The translations under genes were made by a program, and so were the position numbers. A model generated the notes under the pieces. The model was not told where the DNA came from. It made no database searches and saw nothing but the letters and a program-made list of their open reading frames with translations. Below, piece by piece: positions 49,328 to 59,767 of a stretch of 64,000 bases of DNA (the first letter of the stretch is position 1; each line of letters starts with the position of its first letter). The DNA comes from Bacteroidota bacterium (GTDB taxonomy: Bacteria; Bacteroidota; Bacteroidia; Bacteroidales; WCHB1-69). The DNA is taken from contig JBAXTE010000022.1 of the NCBI GenBank assembly GCA_037130365.1, positions 3,116 to 67,115 of the forward strand, written 5' to 3'.

Positions 49328-50506
49328 TCAAATTCTATTTATCGGACTGTTTGAATAGCCAACAGATTGCCATAAAATATCAAAATTAGGTTTCAGATGA
49401 GAATACAAATCAGTCTCGTATGTCGGTAGTATTATTGGAGGTAGAACAATTTCATCCGTCATAAATGTTCTACTGTAACCTCTATCCCCTTTTAGAGCTC
49501 CATCAAAGACACTGTGGATACTTAAACAAATTAAAAATGGCGGTTCTAATTGAAATTGCCTCAAAACGGTAAGTCCATTTTGAATTTTTTCAATAGTGAT
49601 TGGAATAAATTCATTTTCATATACACAATTTACTGTTTTGCCATTAAATTCTTTTTGATAAAAAAGTCGTGATGTGTATGCTTCATAAATTCCATTTCTG
49701 AAAATCTGGTCATAGCCATCTATTTTTTGCCTGTCTGAGGTTTTAGAAAAAGTTGCATATCCATCAAGGTTATACATACTATCCCACCCACTAGTAAATA
49801 GGGGTTTCATTGTGGTTTTGAGGTTCATACTTTCAGCATTTGTAAAATCAAGAGTTTCATCAGATAAAAAGCTGAAAGGAATTATTTGAATAAAAAATGA
49901 AGCAGTATTATCAAGAGTTGGAAAAACTTTTAGATTTCTAACTTTTTCTATTCTCTGAAGTCTAAATTTTTCTGCACTTACTTTTAAAACCTGATTTTGC
50001 ATAAACATATGATTAAGTTCATAAACATCAACAGCATATTTGCCACTATTTCTTCTTCTATAAAATTTATTTGTTTCGTTAAAAGTAATCATAGATGGGA
50101 GTCCTAGACCCTTTGAAATTCCAATTACTAATACAATTTGTTCGTCAACGTTGATGATTTTTATAGCAATATTCGAAATACTTGGTTCTGAATTGCCACG
50201 TATTATGTCTTCAATTTGTTGTATCAGTTTGTCCGAGTTATCAATTGTAATACCACATATTTTATTAGGTCTTCCTGTGTTCTGTCCTTTATCGTCTTTA
50301 CGCTCTTCTATACCAAAAATTAAGCACCCTCCTTCGGTATTATACATTGCAGAAATGTCGTATAAAAATTCTTTTTTGTCTTTGTCTTGTCCAATTTTAA
50401 GTTCTTTTTTATAGTCTAAAGACTTAGATTCTTGAACTTCATTTTTAACTAGACGTTTTATGTCTGTTTCGTCAAGTTGGTCTGTTCGTTTTCCTAAAAT
50501 ATACAT
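49328..50506 (-). CDS. Schlafen/AlbA_2 domain protein with uncharacterised C-terminal domain
   Basis: VQESKSLDYKKE...ISAMYNTEGGCLIFGIEE; preceded on the minus strand by cassette-start-like gttagcagtaac (50526-50537). Confidence 0.85.
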   Translation of the reverse strand: MYILGKRTDQLDETDIKRLVKNEVQESKSLDYKKELKIGQDKDKKEFLYDISAMYNTEGGCLIFGIEERKDDKGQNTGRPNKICGITIDNSDKLIQQIEDIIRGNSEPSISNIAIKIINVDEQIVLVIGISKGLGLPSMITFNETNKFYRRRNSGKYAVDVYELNHMFMQNQVLKVSAEKFRLQRIEKVRNLKVFPTLDNTASFFIQIIPFSFLSDETLDFTNAESMNLKTTMKPLFTSGWDSMYNLDGYATFSKTSDRQKIDGYDQIFRNGIYEAYTSRLFYQKEFNGKTVNCVYENEFIPITIEKIQNGLTVLRQFQLEPPFLICLSIHSVFDGALKGDRGYSRTFMTDEIVLPPIILPTYETDLYSHLKPNFDILWQSVGYSNSPINRI

Positions 50507-50961
50507 TTTTATTCTGTTTTTTTAAGTTACTGCTAACTAGCTATTATTCACAATATTATCCCAAATTATATAAATTCCACATTAATTATTATAAAATCAA
50601 CACCTAATGTTCAGTAATTATAATAACCATAAAGAAAGGATACTTTGGAACAACAGCAAATCTATAAAAGCAATGTCATTGAACTAAAATTAAGGCTATA
50701 TATTGGGTTAATTGACATGTGGAAAAGAACGGTGGAAAGTTGATATTGCAAATTTAGGAAATTATTTATATAATTCACGTTAATAAAATATTTTTCAAAA
50801 AAACGAGACTACAGCATTTGTGGAAAGAGAGCTATTGATAGTCTGGGACTTATCTTTATATTCTAAATGCGCTGTCGTTTTGTTTTACAAATGGAACTTT
50901 GTCGAAATGTAACTCTTTTATTGGAACAATATGCACCCTTTTTGCTTATTTGAAATGAAAA

Positions 50962-50990
50962 AGAGACTGCGTTATTTGACAGTCTCTCTT
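50962..50990. terminator. Hairpin, terminator-like
   Basis: agagactg-cgttatttga-cagtctct. Confidence 0.4.
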
Positions 50991-51223
50991 CAAATCTTAG
51001 TTTAAAGAAGTATAGTTATTTAAGTTATTCATCACTTGAATAGCGAGCAATCAAATATTTGCTGCGCTGTTTTTTTAAGGGGATGCTTAACAAATTAATG
51101 TTTTTTATTTTGAAGTTATTTAAAATAATGTGTTTGAATATTAAATTTAAAAATGTAGTTTTGTATCCATAAAAATATCTAAGATAAACTATACACACTT
51201 GTATAGTTTTTTTATGGTGGGTT

Positions 51224-51251
51224 AGCCTCGTTAGCAATAGCGGGGCTTTTT
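51224..51251 (+). terminator. Intrinsic-terminator-like hairpin
   Basis: agcctcg-ttagcaatag-cggggct followed by a T run. Confidence 0.45.
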
Positions 51252-51396
51252 AATAAAAAACTTACCTAAGTAAAATAACATTGTATTTTGAAATAAAAAT
51301 TGGATTATTTGATGTAAAATTATAATTTTATGCAATTAAATATATACTGTACTCCATCTATCAAAACATAAATGAACAAACTAAAAACATTAAATA

Positions 51397-52347
51397 ATGA
51401 ATATTAAATTTCGAGACATAGGAATTGATTCACAAGCAATTGTTCCAACGCTAAAAATTGGAATCAATATAGATTTTTGTAATTTGATTGAAGTTCCAAT
51501 TTTCATTTCAGGAAGGTTAATTTCCTCTGATAACAAAGTGGTATCGCATTTAAATGAATATCAGTTAAATACTGATTATAAATATGAACTAAAAATACTA
51601 AGTAAAAAAGAAAGAGATAACCTTCAACGAGAGAATAATAATGAAAAATATTATGCTCAACTAACAGCATTGCTTTCTCAAAAGAGCATTGACTATATTG
51701 AAGCATTGAGAGAGAAAGACAAAGATAAATCAGTTAGTTTTACATTAGACTTAATTGTGAAGTATTTAGAACTTCCTATTTCTCAACATTCTGTTATGGA
51801 TGAGCCATTAATTCGAGTGAATTCAAAAAAGTTTTATGATAGTTTAATTATAAATCAAAGTGATTGGATAAATAGTTTTTCGCCCTTTCTTGGCATCGGC
51901 AAATTCATCCTAATTGAACTTGAAATTCCAGAAAAACAAAAAGTAAATGATGAATGGATTGAAATGTATGATCGACTTTTTTTGCGACTTAACGAAATAC
52001 AAGATCTTATAAGACAAGGAAATTGGAAAGGAACAATGATAAGTGGCAGACAGTTTTACGAGAGTTTAAAATTTAGTAAAAATAATTCCAATAAAGGCAT
52101 AGAGTTAAGAGAAAGCTTGAAACAACTTTTTCTTGATGATATGCACTCAGAGGAAGGTTTTGAAGATTTTTACCTAGGTATTAAAAGCTTTTTCAATTTT
52201 GTGTCAAAATTTATTCACGATAAAAGTAATAAAACTGGGGCGTATATTCCAGTGCCAAATCCATCTAAAGAGGATGCATATTTCGTGTATGCATTAGCAA
52301 TTGGATTAATTAATATTATAAGTAAAAAGATTGCAAAAACCCGTTAA
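51397..52347 (+). CDS. Hypothetical protein with possible C-terminal HEPN-like domain
   Basis: GNWKGTMISGRQFYESL...FVSKFIHD...EDAYFV helical pattern. Confidence 0.5.
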   Translation: MNIKFRDIGIDSQAIVPTLKIGINIDFCNLIEVPIFISGRLISSDNKVVSHLNEYQLNTDYKYELKILSKKERDNLQRENNNEKYYAQLTALLSQKSIDYIEALREKDKDKSVSFTLDLIVKYLELPISQHSVMDEPLIRVNSKKFYDSLIINQSDWINSFSPFLGIGKFILIELEIPEKQKVNDEWIEMYDRLFLRLNEIQDLIRQGNWKGTMISGRQFYESLKFSKNNSNKGIELRESLKQLFLDDMHSEEGFEDFYLGIKSFFNFVSKFIHDKSNKTGAYIPVPNPSKEDAYFVYALAIGLINIISKKIAKTR

Positions 52348-52433
52348 AAGAAAGTTCTTATAGTATATAAAAACTGGATATGATTTCACAAGGTAGGTAT
52401 TAAGCATGATTATTTTAAAAAAGCAATAAAAAA

Positions 52434-53195
52434 ATGAATGAATTCTATTCAATATGTAAAGAGGATGCAGATCCAGAGAATGAATATCAAATGCAAAATT
52501 TGGGCAAACAAACGATTATGGCTGTTATTGGGAAACAAGTTCGTGGTGATTGGGGAGAAAGTCGAAGTTGTCAATCACAAACTTTCTACAAGGATACAGT
52601 GCCTGAAGATTATGATGATGCTTTTGTGTTAAAACTTACAAGTGTCAAACCCCCATATGATTTATATAAGGTTTTAGATTACCATCTTTCATATTATATT
52701 AACACTAACCATGGAGATAAAGATAGATTCTTAAAGCAGATTAAATATGTAATATTACCAATAATTCAAAAAAGGAAAAGCTTAGATGTTTATATGGAAT
52801 TAATAACAGAATGGATTAAAAAAAATGACATGAATACAAAGAATAACAAGACAGCAGACATTACTTTAAATATTGGTGATATAAATGCACCAACTCAATT
52901 TCAATTGAATTCAGATAATTCATCCCAATCCCAAGAAATTTATTATAATAAAGAGGATATTAAAGAATTATTTGAATTGCTAAAAAAAGACATCGAAAAA
53001 ATTAATGAAGAGTTCAAAGAGGAATTTCAATATGAAATTGAAAGTGCTATAAAACAACTAAATAAGGGAAAAGATATTCGAAATAGACTTTTCACTATAG
53101 GCTCATTAATCAAAGAAGTCGGAATTAATTTGTTTGCTAATCTTCTTGCCTCTCCGATTTACAGTTTAATGAAACCTTTTTTGGGAATAAAATGA
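52434..53195 (+). CDS. Hypothetical protein with N/Q/S-rich motif and helical C-terminus
   Basis: 253-aa ORF; NIGDINAPTQFQLNSDNSSQSQ followed by amphipathic helices. Confidence 0.6.
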   Translation: MNEFYSICKEDADPENEYQMQNLGKQTIMAVIGKQVRGDWGESRSCQSQTFYKDTVPEDYDDAFVLKLTSVKPPYDLYKVLDYHLSYYINTNHGDKDRFLKQIKYVILPIIQKRKSLDVYMELITEWIKKNDMNTKNNKTADITLNIGDINAPTQFQLNSDNSSQSQEIYYNKEDIKELFELLKKDIEKINEEFKEEFQYEIESAIKQLNKGKDIRNRLFTIGSLIKEVGINLFANLLASPIYSLMKPFLGIK

Positions 53196-53210
53196 TTTAA
53201 TACTTTAAAA

Positions 53211-54311
53211 ATGTCAAATAATACAAAAAGCGCATTACTTAAAAGAGGTATAGATAGTGAATCAACTCGAAAATTAGTTGAGAATGGTTATACTGTACAA
53301 TCTCTTCAACAAAAATCATTAGAAACATTGCGATTATTAGGGATACCTAAAATACAAGCAATTAAACTATTAGATGGACGACCACCAATTCCAAATAAAA
53401 TCTTTAATCAGGTTTTGCATGATTCAAAGTACGTGTGTTGTATTTGCAGAGAAAAAAATAAAGGGATAATTATTCACCATATTGATGAATGGAGTGTTAG
53501 CCACAATCACAATTATGATAATTTAGCTGTTTTATGCACCGAACATCATGATGAAGCCCATACAAATAGACAAATGACAATTATGCTTAGCCCTAAAAGG
53601 ATTAGAAGTTCAAGAGATAAATGGTATTCTCAGGTTAAAGCAAATGATGAATCTATTATAAATGAACAGCTAGGTTCTTTTGATGATAAACTTCACACAG
53701 ATGAAATTACTATTAATAAAATAGATATAAATAAGTCCAAAGAAAATGAGAGAAAACTCAAACATTCTTTAAGATTGGAAAAAAGAGTATATAAAGAACT
53801 TATTGACCAAAAGTTTTGCTCAAACAGGGAAAATTTCGACCAACTTTTAAAGAATCCTGCATCGAAGTTTATTTCATCGAAAGTATTTATTCGTGATGTT
53901 AATGACAAAACATATCCCAACCCTGATTTTACAAGGTCAAACAAAATTAGTCCTTGGTTTAAAACATTTTTTCATGATACTTACCATAACGGAATTGAAT
54001 TTGTATTAGATGCAGGAATAGGAACAATTATTATAATGGACGAAAATGGTTATTGGGAGCCGTTAAGAAAATCTGATGACTCTAGAAAAAGCAATCCAAA
54101 ATTCAAAGTTTTAAGAGCACAAACAATTGGGAAAATTCCATATAATAATATTGTTGACTTTAAAGCAAATGGAGACGATTACAACCCAGAGCCACATTTG
54201 TTTTGTAAATTTGATATTAATGGAATGCCATATGAAGAAATATATTATAAAAGGTTAGGAAATTTTTTAGCAAGAGAATTTGATAAAGGTAAACAGACTA
54301 TATTCAAATAG
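53211..54311 (+). CDS. HNH endonuclease domain protein
   Basis: CCIC...IHHID...NLAVLCTEHHDEAH zinc-finger HNH. Confidence 0.85.
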   Translation: MSNNTKSALLKRGIDSESTRKLVENGYTVQSLQQKSLETLRLLGIPKIQAIKLLDGRPPIPNKIFNQVLHDSKYVCCICREKNKGIIIHHIDEWSVSHNHNYDNLAVLCTEHHDEAHTNRQMTIMLSPKRIRSSRDKWYSQVKANDESIINEQLGSFDDKLHTDEITINKIDINKSKENERKLKHSLRLEKRVYKELIDQKFCSNRENFDQLLKNPASKFISSKVFIRDVNDKTYPNPDFTRSNKISPWFKTFFHDTYHNGIEFVLDAGIGTIIIMDENGYWEPLRKSDDSRKSNPKFKVLRAQTIGKIPYNNIVDFKANGDDYNPEPHLFCKFDINGMPYEEIYYKRLGNFLAREFDKGKQTIFK

Positions 54312-54428
54312 CATCCCCAACTCGTTTATTCTTAAAATCAGCACACTTATAATTAAAACTAATACGTTAAAAAAATAATAAATAATTTTCTAAATAAATT
54401 CGTTATCTTTGAATAAAAATCTTTTTTT

Positions 54429-55187
54429 ATGATTAGTTGTATTATCATAGATGATGAAATAAATGCACGTGAAGCCTTAGATAAAATTATAAAAAGATAT
54501 TTTAGTGATAAAATATATGTAACCTGTTTAACCGATTCTGTTAAAGCTGGGGTTGAGGCAATTAATAAATTTAAACCTGAATTAGTGTTTTTAGATGTAG
54601 AAATGCCAATTGAGAATGGATTTAAACTCTTTGATTATATCAATACAATTAGTTTTGATATAATATTTACAACAGCTCATACTCATTATGCAATAGATGC
54701 AATAAAATTTTCAGCATTAGATTATTTATTAAAACCAATAAATTTTGTTGACTTAAATGATGCATTAAAAAAAATTGAAAGAAAGCAAGTTTTCATGAAT
54801 AATCAAATTAGAATTGAAACATTACTTTACAATTTAAATAATGAATCTGATAAGTATAACAAAATAGCTTTACCTACAAGTACAGGTTATCGATTTGAAA
54901 AATTAAACAACATAATGTATTGTGTCGCTGACGAAAACTATACAAATGTTTATATGATAAAAAAGGAGAAGTTTTTGGTGACTAAAACACTTAAAAACAT
55001 GGAAGAAATACTTCCTTCTGCTAACTTCTTTAGAATACACAAATCACATATAGTGAACTTAAACTATATTAAGGATTTTAACAAATCTGATAATATAATT
55101 ACACTTGAAGACGGGACGATACTAGGAGTTGCTATGCGAAGAACCGATGATTTTTTGAATCATATTACCTACAAACAAAAAGACTAA
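54429..55187 (+). CDS. LytTR family response regulator
   Basis: IIDDE, VFLDVEMP, DYLLKP receiver; FFRIHKSHIVN LytTR; TATCTTTG promoter at 54404-54411. Confidence 0.95.
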   Translation: MISCIIIDDEINAREALDKIIKRYFSDKIYVTCLTDSVKAGVEAINKFKPELVFLDVEMPIENGFKLFDYINTISFDIIFTTAHTHYAIDAIKFSALDYLLKPINFVDLNDALKKIERKQVFMNNQIRIETLLYNLNNESDKYNKIALPTSTGYRFEKLNNIMYCVADENYTNVYMIKKEKFLVTKTLKNMEEILPSANFFRIHKSHIVNLNYIKDFNKSDNIITLEDGTILGVAMRRTDDFLNHITYKQKD

Positions 55188-58100
55188 TGACATTTTGCTT
55201 AAAATGTAAACAATTTTATATTCTTACATTCTTGTTTTTTTTTACAACACGATATGTGTATGCTCAAAATTACAATGTTCGTAATTTTACAGCAGCGGAT
55301 GGATTGCCCACAAACTCAACAAGAAAAATATTTAAAGATTCAAGGGGATACATTTGGATTGGGACAGATGCTGGCGTTGCACGGTTTGACGGGAAAACTT
55401 TTAATGTTTTTAACAGTCTTGATGGATTAGCAGGCGATGAAGTATGGGGAATTACAGAGGACAAGAATGGAAATATGTTTTTTGCCTGTTATGATGGAGG
55501 AGTGACAAAATATGACGGTTCAAAATTTTTAAATTACACTCCAAAAAATGGACTTGTGGGAAAAAGTGCTCGTGTTGTTCAGTATAGCCCCCAATTTGAT
55601 CTTGTTTTTGTAGCTACCGAAAGCGGATTTAGCATAATAAAAGATGATAAAATAAAATCTTTTTCAGCTGAATCAATTTATAGGAAACCCCGGGTTTATT
55701 TTACAGGAATGATTGAGGCAAATGGGTATCTATACATTTATAGTCATGGGGATTCAATGATTACATATTGTCCCCAAATTAACAAAATAAAAGTCCTTAA
55801 TTGTAATTCGCATTTATTCACTATGGCTGCTTCCAGTTCTATTGTGAGATCAAATGGAGATACTTTGTTGGGTTTTGAAAGAAGTGGATTTTCAGCTTAT
55901 TCCAAAAAACGAACAGATTATGATAATATTGGTCAAATATTTGACTTTTCGGAAGATAAACAACGAAATATATGGATTGCAGGATGGAGCTGCTCTTTTA
56001 TGAAAGAACCTGGAGGGTTGTTTAAGTTTGATGGGGAAAAAGTGTGGCAAATGAATAATGTGCTAGGCATAGAAACTCGGACAATGTTTAGTGTCTTTTG
56101 CGACCGTCAAACGAATTCGATATGGGCTGCCAGCGATAATATGGGGGTGTATCAGATTACTCCTTCAATTTTCTTATATTATAAATCTGATTTCTTTAAT
56201 TCCGATAAAATCAAAGTTATAGATTTATTATTCTTAAACCATAATTTGTGGATTGTATCTCCAACGTGCATATATGTAATGGATAAGGACAAAAAGCTGT
56301 TTGCATACCAGAAGGCTTTATTTGAGAAAGTCTATTCCAAAAGTAAGATAAAAGCAGTAAATCGAAAGTTAGTATGTTTTACACACGTTACATCTGATAA
56401 CCAAAATAATATTTGGATAACTTCAGATATTGGATTATTTAGAATCACACACGAATCACAAAAGATAAAATATTTTCCAATAGAAAATAATGGCGGATTG
56501 TGTCAAACCCAGTTTGATAAAAACAATATATTATATTTTGGTGGATGGGGGTACTTGTCTATTGTGGAAAACGTGGATAACATCTGCTTTAAAAAGATTG
56601 ATGAAAATCCAAAAAACATCCCATGCGATATTTTAAAAATTGCAATCAATAAGAATGAAGTTTGGATAGGAAGTTCAAATAGAGGAATTTATCGAATCAA
56701 AAACAATATAATTTATTCTTCGCATAAAAGACAACCGGATTTAATTAAAAATGTAAGTGAAATTTATATAGACAAGAATGATGATATAATTTTTGGAGGG
56801 ACTAATGGGACTGTTTATATCGCTTGTTTTATTGCGGATTCACTTCAGGTTAGATGCAAAATATCGAGGAAAGAGGGACTCAATGGTCAAGCAATAAGTT
56901 GGATAAAGACAAGTAACAATGACGAGTTTCTTTGGATTGCAACTAACACCGGTTTAAATAGGTTGAATCTTAAAAAATTATTGAAAAAACATGAATTTAA
57001 GTTTAATTTTTACAATAAATCTGAAGGTCTGGAAAGTTTAAATGTGGGATGTAGTGCAATTGATGATGATGGGAATTTGTGGGCAGGATCGAATATCGGA
57101 TTAGTAAAAATAAATACTCACGAGAATGAAGTGCCAATATCTGTTCAACCGAAAATAATACTTGCTTCATTTGAAGTTAACAATAAACCAATTCGCCATC
57201 TTTATCCTAATGATATTAACTCATGGAATCAAATGCCAACAACTCCAATTGTATTAGAACACGATCAGAACAATCTTATTCTTACTGTTGGAATATTAAA
57301 TTATGTGAATCCCGAAAAGGATATTTTTAGATATAAACTTAAAGGACTTGACAATCAATGGACCACTTTTGATAAATCAAGGAAGATTAGCTATACGAAC
57401 TTATACCCAGGAGAATATACGCTTTGTGTTGAGTCTAAAAATTTAAGTTCCGGACAGTTTGCTAATCCGTTACATCTGAAGTTTTATATTAAGAAACCTT
57501 TTTGGGCAACTTGGTGGTTTCTAGTTTCCATGTTTTCGATTGCTATTTCTAGTATATTTTATATTATTCGATATCGAACCCAACGAATAATCAAACAAGA
57601 ACAATTGAAAACTACTATTGCAAAAACTATAGCTGAATATGAGATGAAAGCCTTACAAGCACAAATGAATCCTCATTTTATCTTTAATGCAATGAACTCC
57701 ATTCAAAATTATATTTTAGAGCAAGATACTGATCAAGCTTTAAGTTACCTTTCTGACTTTGCAAAGATTATTAGGCTTACCTTAGACCAAGCATCAAAAA
57801 AACTCATCTCTTTATCTGATGAGATAGAATATCTTTCTAACTATTTGAAATTAGAGCAAATGAGATTTAAGGATAAATTCGAAATTACAATAAATATAAA
57901 TGGATTAGATAAAGATGCGATTTTGCTCCCCCCTATGATGATACAACCATTTGTAGAAAATGCAATAAAGCATGGACTAACTCCATGTAATTACAAAGGT
58001 AAATTAAACATTAATTTTCTTTCAACCACTGAAAACTTAATCTGTACTATAGAAGATAATGGTATAGGTATAAATAAATCTATTGAACTAAATAAAAACA

Positions 58101-58273
58101 ACCCAAATTTTTATAAATCTCAAGGAACATCTATAACAGCTAATCGTTTAGCTTTAGTTGAAACCAACAAGAATATAACTTGTAAAATTGAAATTTATGA
58201 CTTAGCTCAAATAAATACAAACTGCACAGGAACAAAAATAATAGTAGTTTTACCTTTGGTTATAGATGAATAA
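55187..58273 (+). CDS. LytS-type sensor histidine kinase with beta-propeller and Y_Y_Y domains
   Basis: DGL...IFKDSRGYIWIGT repeats; FRYKLKG..YTNLYPGEY; LQAQMNPHFIFN; IQPFVENAIKHG; IEDNGIG. Confidence 0.93.
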   Translation: MTFCLKCKQFYILTFLFFFTTRYVYAQNYNVRNFTAADGLPTNSTRKIFKDSRGYIWIGTDAGVARFDGKTFNVFNSLDGLAGDEVWGITEDKNGNMFFACYDGGVTKYDGSKFLNYTPKNGLVGKSARVVQYSPQFDLVFVATESGFSIIKDDKIKSFSAESIYRKPRVYFTGMIEANGYLYIYSHGDSMITYCPQINKIKVLNCNSHLFTMAASSSIVRSNGDTLLGFERSGFSAYSKKRTDYDNIGQIFDFSEDKQRNIWIAGWSCSFMKEPGGLFKFDGEKVWQMNNVLGIETRTMFSVFCDRQTNSIWAASDNMGVYQITPSIFLYYKSDFFNSDKIKVIDLLFLNHNLWIVSPTCIYVMDKDKKLFAYQKALFEKVYSKSKIKAVNRKLVCFTHVTSDNQNNIWITSDIGLFRITHESQKIKYFPIENNGGLCQTQFDKNNILYFGGWGYLSIVENVDNICFKKIDENPKNIPCDILKIAINKNEVWIGSSNRGIYRIKNNIIYSSHKRQPDLIKNVSEIYIDKNDDIIFGGTNGTVYIACFIADSLQVRCKISRKEGLNGQAISWIKTSNNDEFLWIATNTGLNRLNLKKLLKKHEFKFNFYNKSEGLESLNVGCSAIDDDGNLWAGSNIGLVKINTHENEVPISVQPKIILASFEVNNKPIRHLYPNDINSWNQMPTTPIVLEHDQNNLILTVGILNYVNPEKDIFRYKLKGLDNQWTTFDKSRKISYTNLYPGEYTLCVESKNLSSGQFANPLHLKFYIKKPFWATWWFLVSMFSIAISSIFYIIRYRTQRIIKQEQLKTTIAKTIAEYEMKALQAQMNPHFIFNAMNSIQNYILEQDTDQALSYLSDFAKIIRLTLDQASKKLISLSDEIEYLSNYLKLEQMRFKDKFEITININGLDKDAILLPPMMIQPFVENAIKHGLTPCNYKGKLNINFLSTTENLICTIEDNGIGINKSIELNKNNPNFYKSQGTSITANRLALVETNKNITCKIEIYDLAQINTNCTGTKIIVVLPLVIDE

Positions 58274-58646
58274 TGACATTTAAATATTATAGTATAAAAT
58301 TTAATTAATTTGCTTTTTCTTAATTGACAAATAAAATCTGTAAACTCTATCCCAATTTGCAATACAATATAATCGATTACCTATTAAAAGACTACACTTA
58401 CTTGCTATTTTGATACGATTAATAAGTCAAAATTTTATTCGAATTAATTGTTTGTAATATTGTTCAATAGAATCGTTACCTATAAGTATAATATTAACAA
58501 TAATAAAAGAACAACTTCGAGTACAAAGATTGGTTCAGTAAAAAAAACAGGCTTGATTTCATTTTCAAACTTGTATAAAGATGTTGATTTTAGCAGTTAT
58601 ATTATTAAATAATCAATTTCGTAAATGATTAATAGCTTAGATTAAC

Positions 58647-58684
58647 GAATAAAAGGCGGATTCCGAAAAGCCTTATGAGTAGGA
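58647..58684 (+). promoter_or_regulatory. Repeated 5' leader motif, copy 1
   Basis: aaggcggattccgaaaagccttatgagtagga ending 21 nt before the ATG; near-identical copy at 59768-59802. Confidence 0.6.
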
Positions 58685-58705
58685 TATAATTTAAAATTAA
58701 TAGAA

Positions 58706-59719
58706 ATGAAAAAGATTTTTACTGTTTTGGGGTTACTCGTCTTTATAGGATGTAGTGGGGTTTTAATTGCACAAACTACTTGGTTACCAAGTGATACAGT
58801 ATGGGGTTATAGAACTGATAAAAATTATTCACTTTTGAATTATACCCCTGATGAAAGTTATAGGGGTATTGATGGTGATTTAAGTAATTCATATGCAGGA
58901 TTACAAAACAGTTGGACTGTCGGTGCAAATAATGATGTTTGGTATTTAGAAGCCTCTTTTTATTATGATTTACAACAACCAAAAACACTAAATGCATTTA
59001 AAATTTATTCTCAATCATCTTATCCATATGGAACTGTTGATAATTTCCAAGTTTATTATTCTGACAATCCCACAAATGGTTGGACTTTAGCTTTAAATCA
59101 AACGATGCCTACTACATATGGGTTAGATTGGTATTTTTATACTTTTCCTAATCAAACTGCACGTTATTGGAAACTTACGGCTAAGCCAAAAGATAAATCA
59201 TTTGATATTAAGGAAATTGGTTTTGGCGCAGCATGTACAGATTATATTATTAAGGACACTACAACATACTCTGTATCTGACAATAATTTTAATTCAAATT
59301 CTATAAAAGTATATTTTGACCATGTTGATTCTTTATACACAACAGTTGGAGGTTGTGATAGTTTAATTTTTCATTATTCTAAATTTATATATAATCCCAC
59401 GTATTGTTCTGTTACAGATACATTAGTAATAGATGTAACTCTCACAGGAGTTGCAGAGCCAAGCAATTTAAATACCTTGAAAATTTATCCAAATCCAACT
59501 AAAACATTTGTTATAATTAATACTGGAAATTATAGTATAATGAACAATTACACCATTAGAATTGAAAATTTACTTGGTCAGCAAGTTTTTCAAACCTTAA
59601 CTAATCAGCAGGAATTTCAAATTGATGTAAATAATTTTGGAGGTACTGGAACATACATTGTGAAAATTATCGACAATACTAGCAATGTCGTTACTACAAG
59701 AAAAATCGTACTGAATTAA
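58706..59719 (+). CDS. T9SS type A cargo protein with discoidin/F5-8-like domain
   Basis: Signal peptide; YDLQQPKTLNAFKIY...FQVYYSDN...TARYWKL; LKIYPNPT...GTYIVKI CTD. Confidence 0.82.
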   Translation: MKKIFTVLGLLVFIGCSGVLIAQTTWLPSDTVWGYRTDKNYSLLNYTPDESYRGIDGDLSNSYAGLQNSWTVGANNDVWYLEASFYYDLQQPKTLNAFKIYSQSSYPYGTVDNFQVYYSDNPTNGWTLALNQTMPTTYGLDWYFYTFPNQTARYWKLTAKPKDKSFDIKEIGFGAACTDYIIKDTTTYSVSDNNFNSNSIKVYFDHVDSLYTTVGGCDSLIFHYSKFIYNPTYCSVTDTLVIDVTLTGVAEPSNLNTLKIYPNPTKTFVIINTGNYSIMNNYTIRIENLLGQQVFQTLTNQQEFQIDVNNFGGTGTYIVKIIDNTSNVVTTRKIVLN

Positions 59720-59767
59720 AATAAGGAAAAAACAAATTTAGCTACTTCCTGATAAATTAAAAAACAA

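Noticed and set aside
51025-51237. 70-aa minus-strand ORF in the divergent intergenic region
   Set aside because: Low-complexity AT-rich translation overlapping hairpins; unsupported.
58647-58684. Known riboswitch (SAM-II, fluoride, c-di-GMP, preQ1)
   Set aside because: Conserved nucleotides of those classes are not matched by eye; kept as an unnamed motif.
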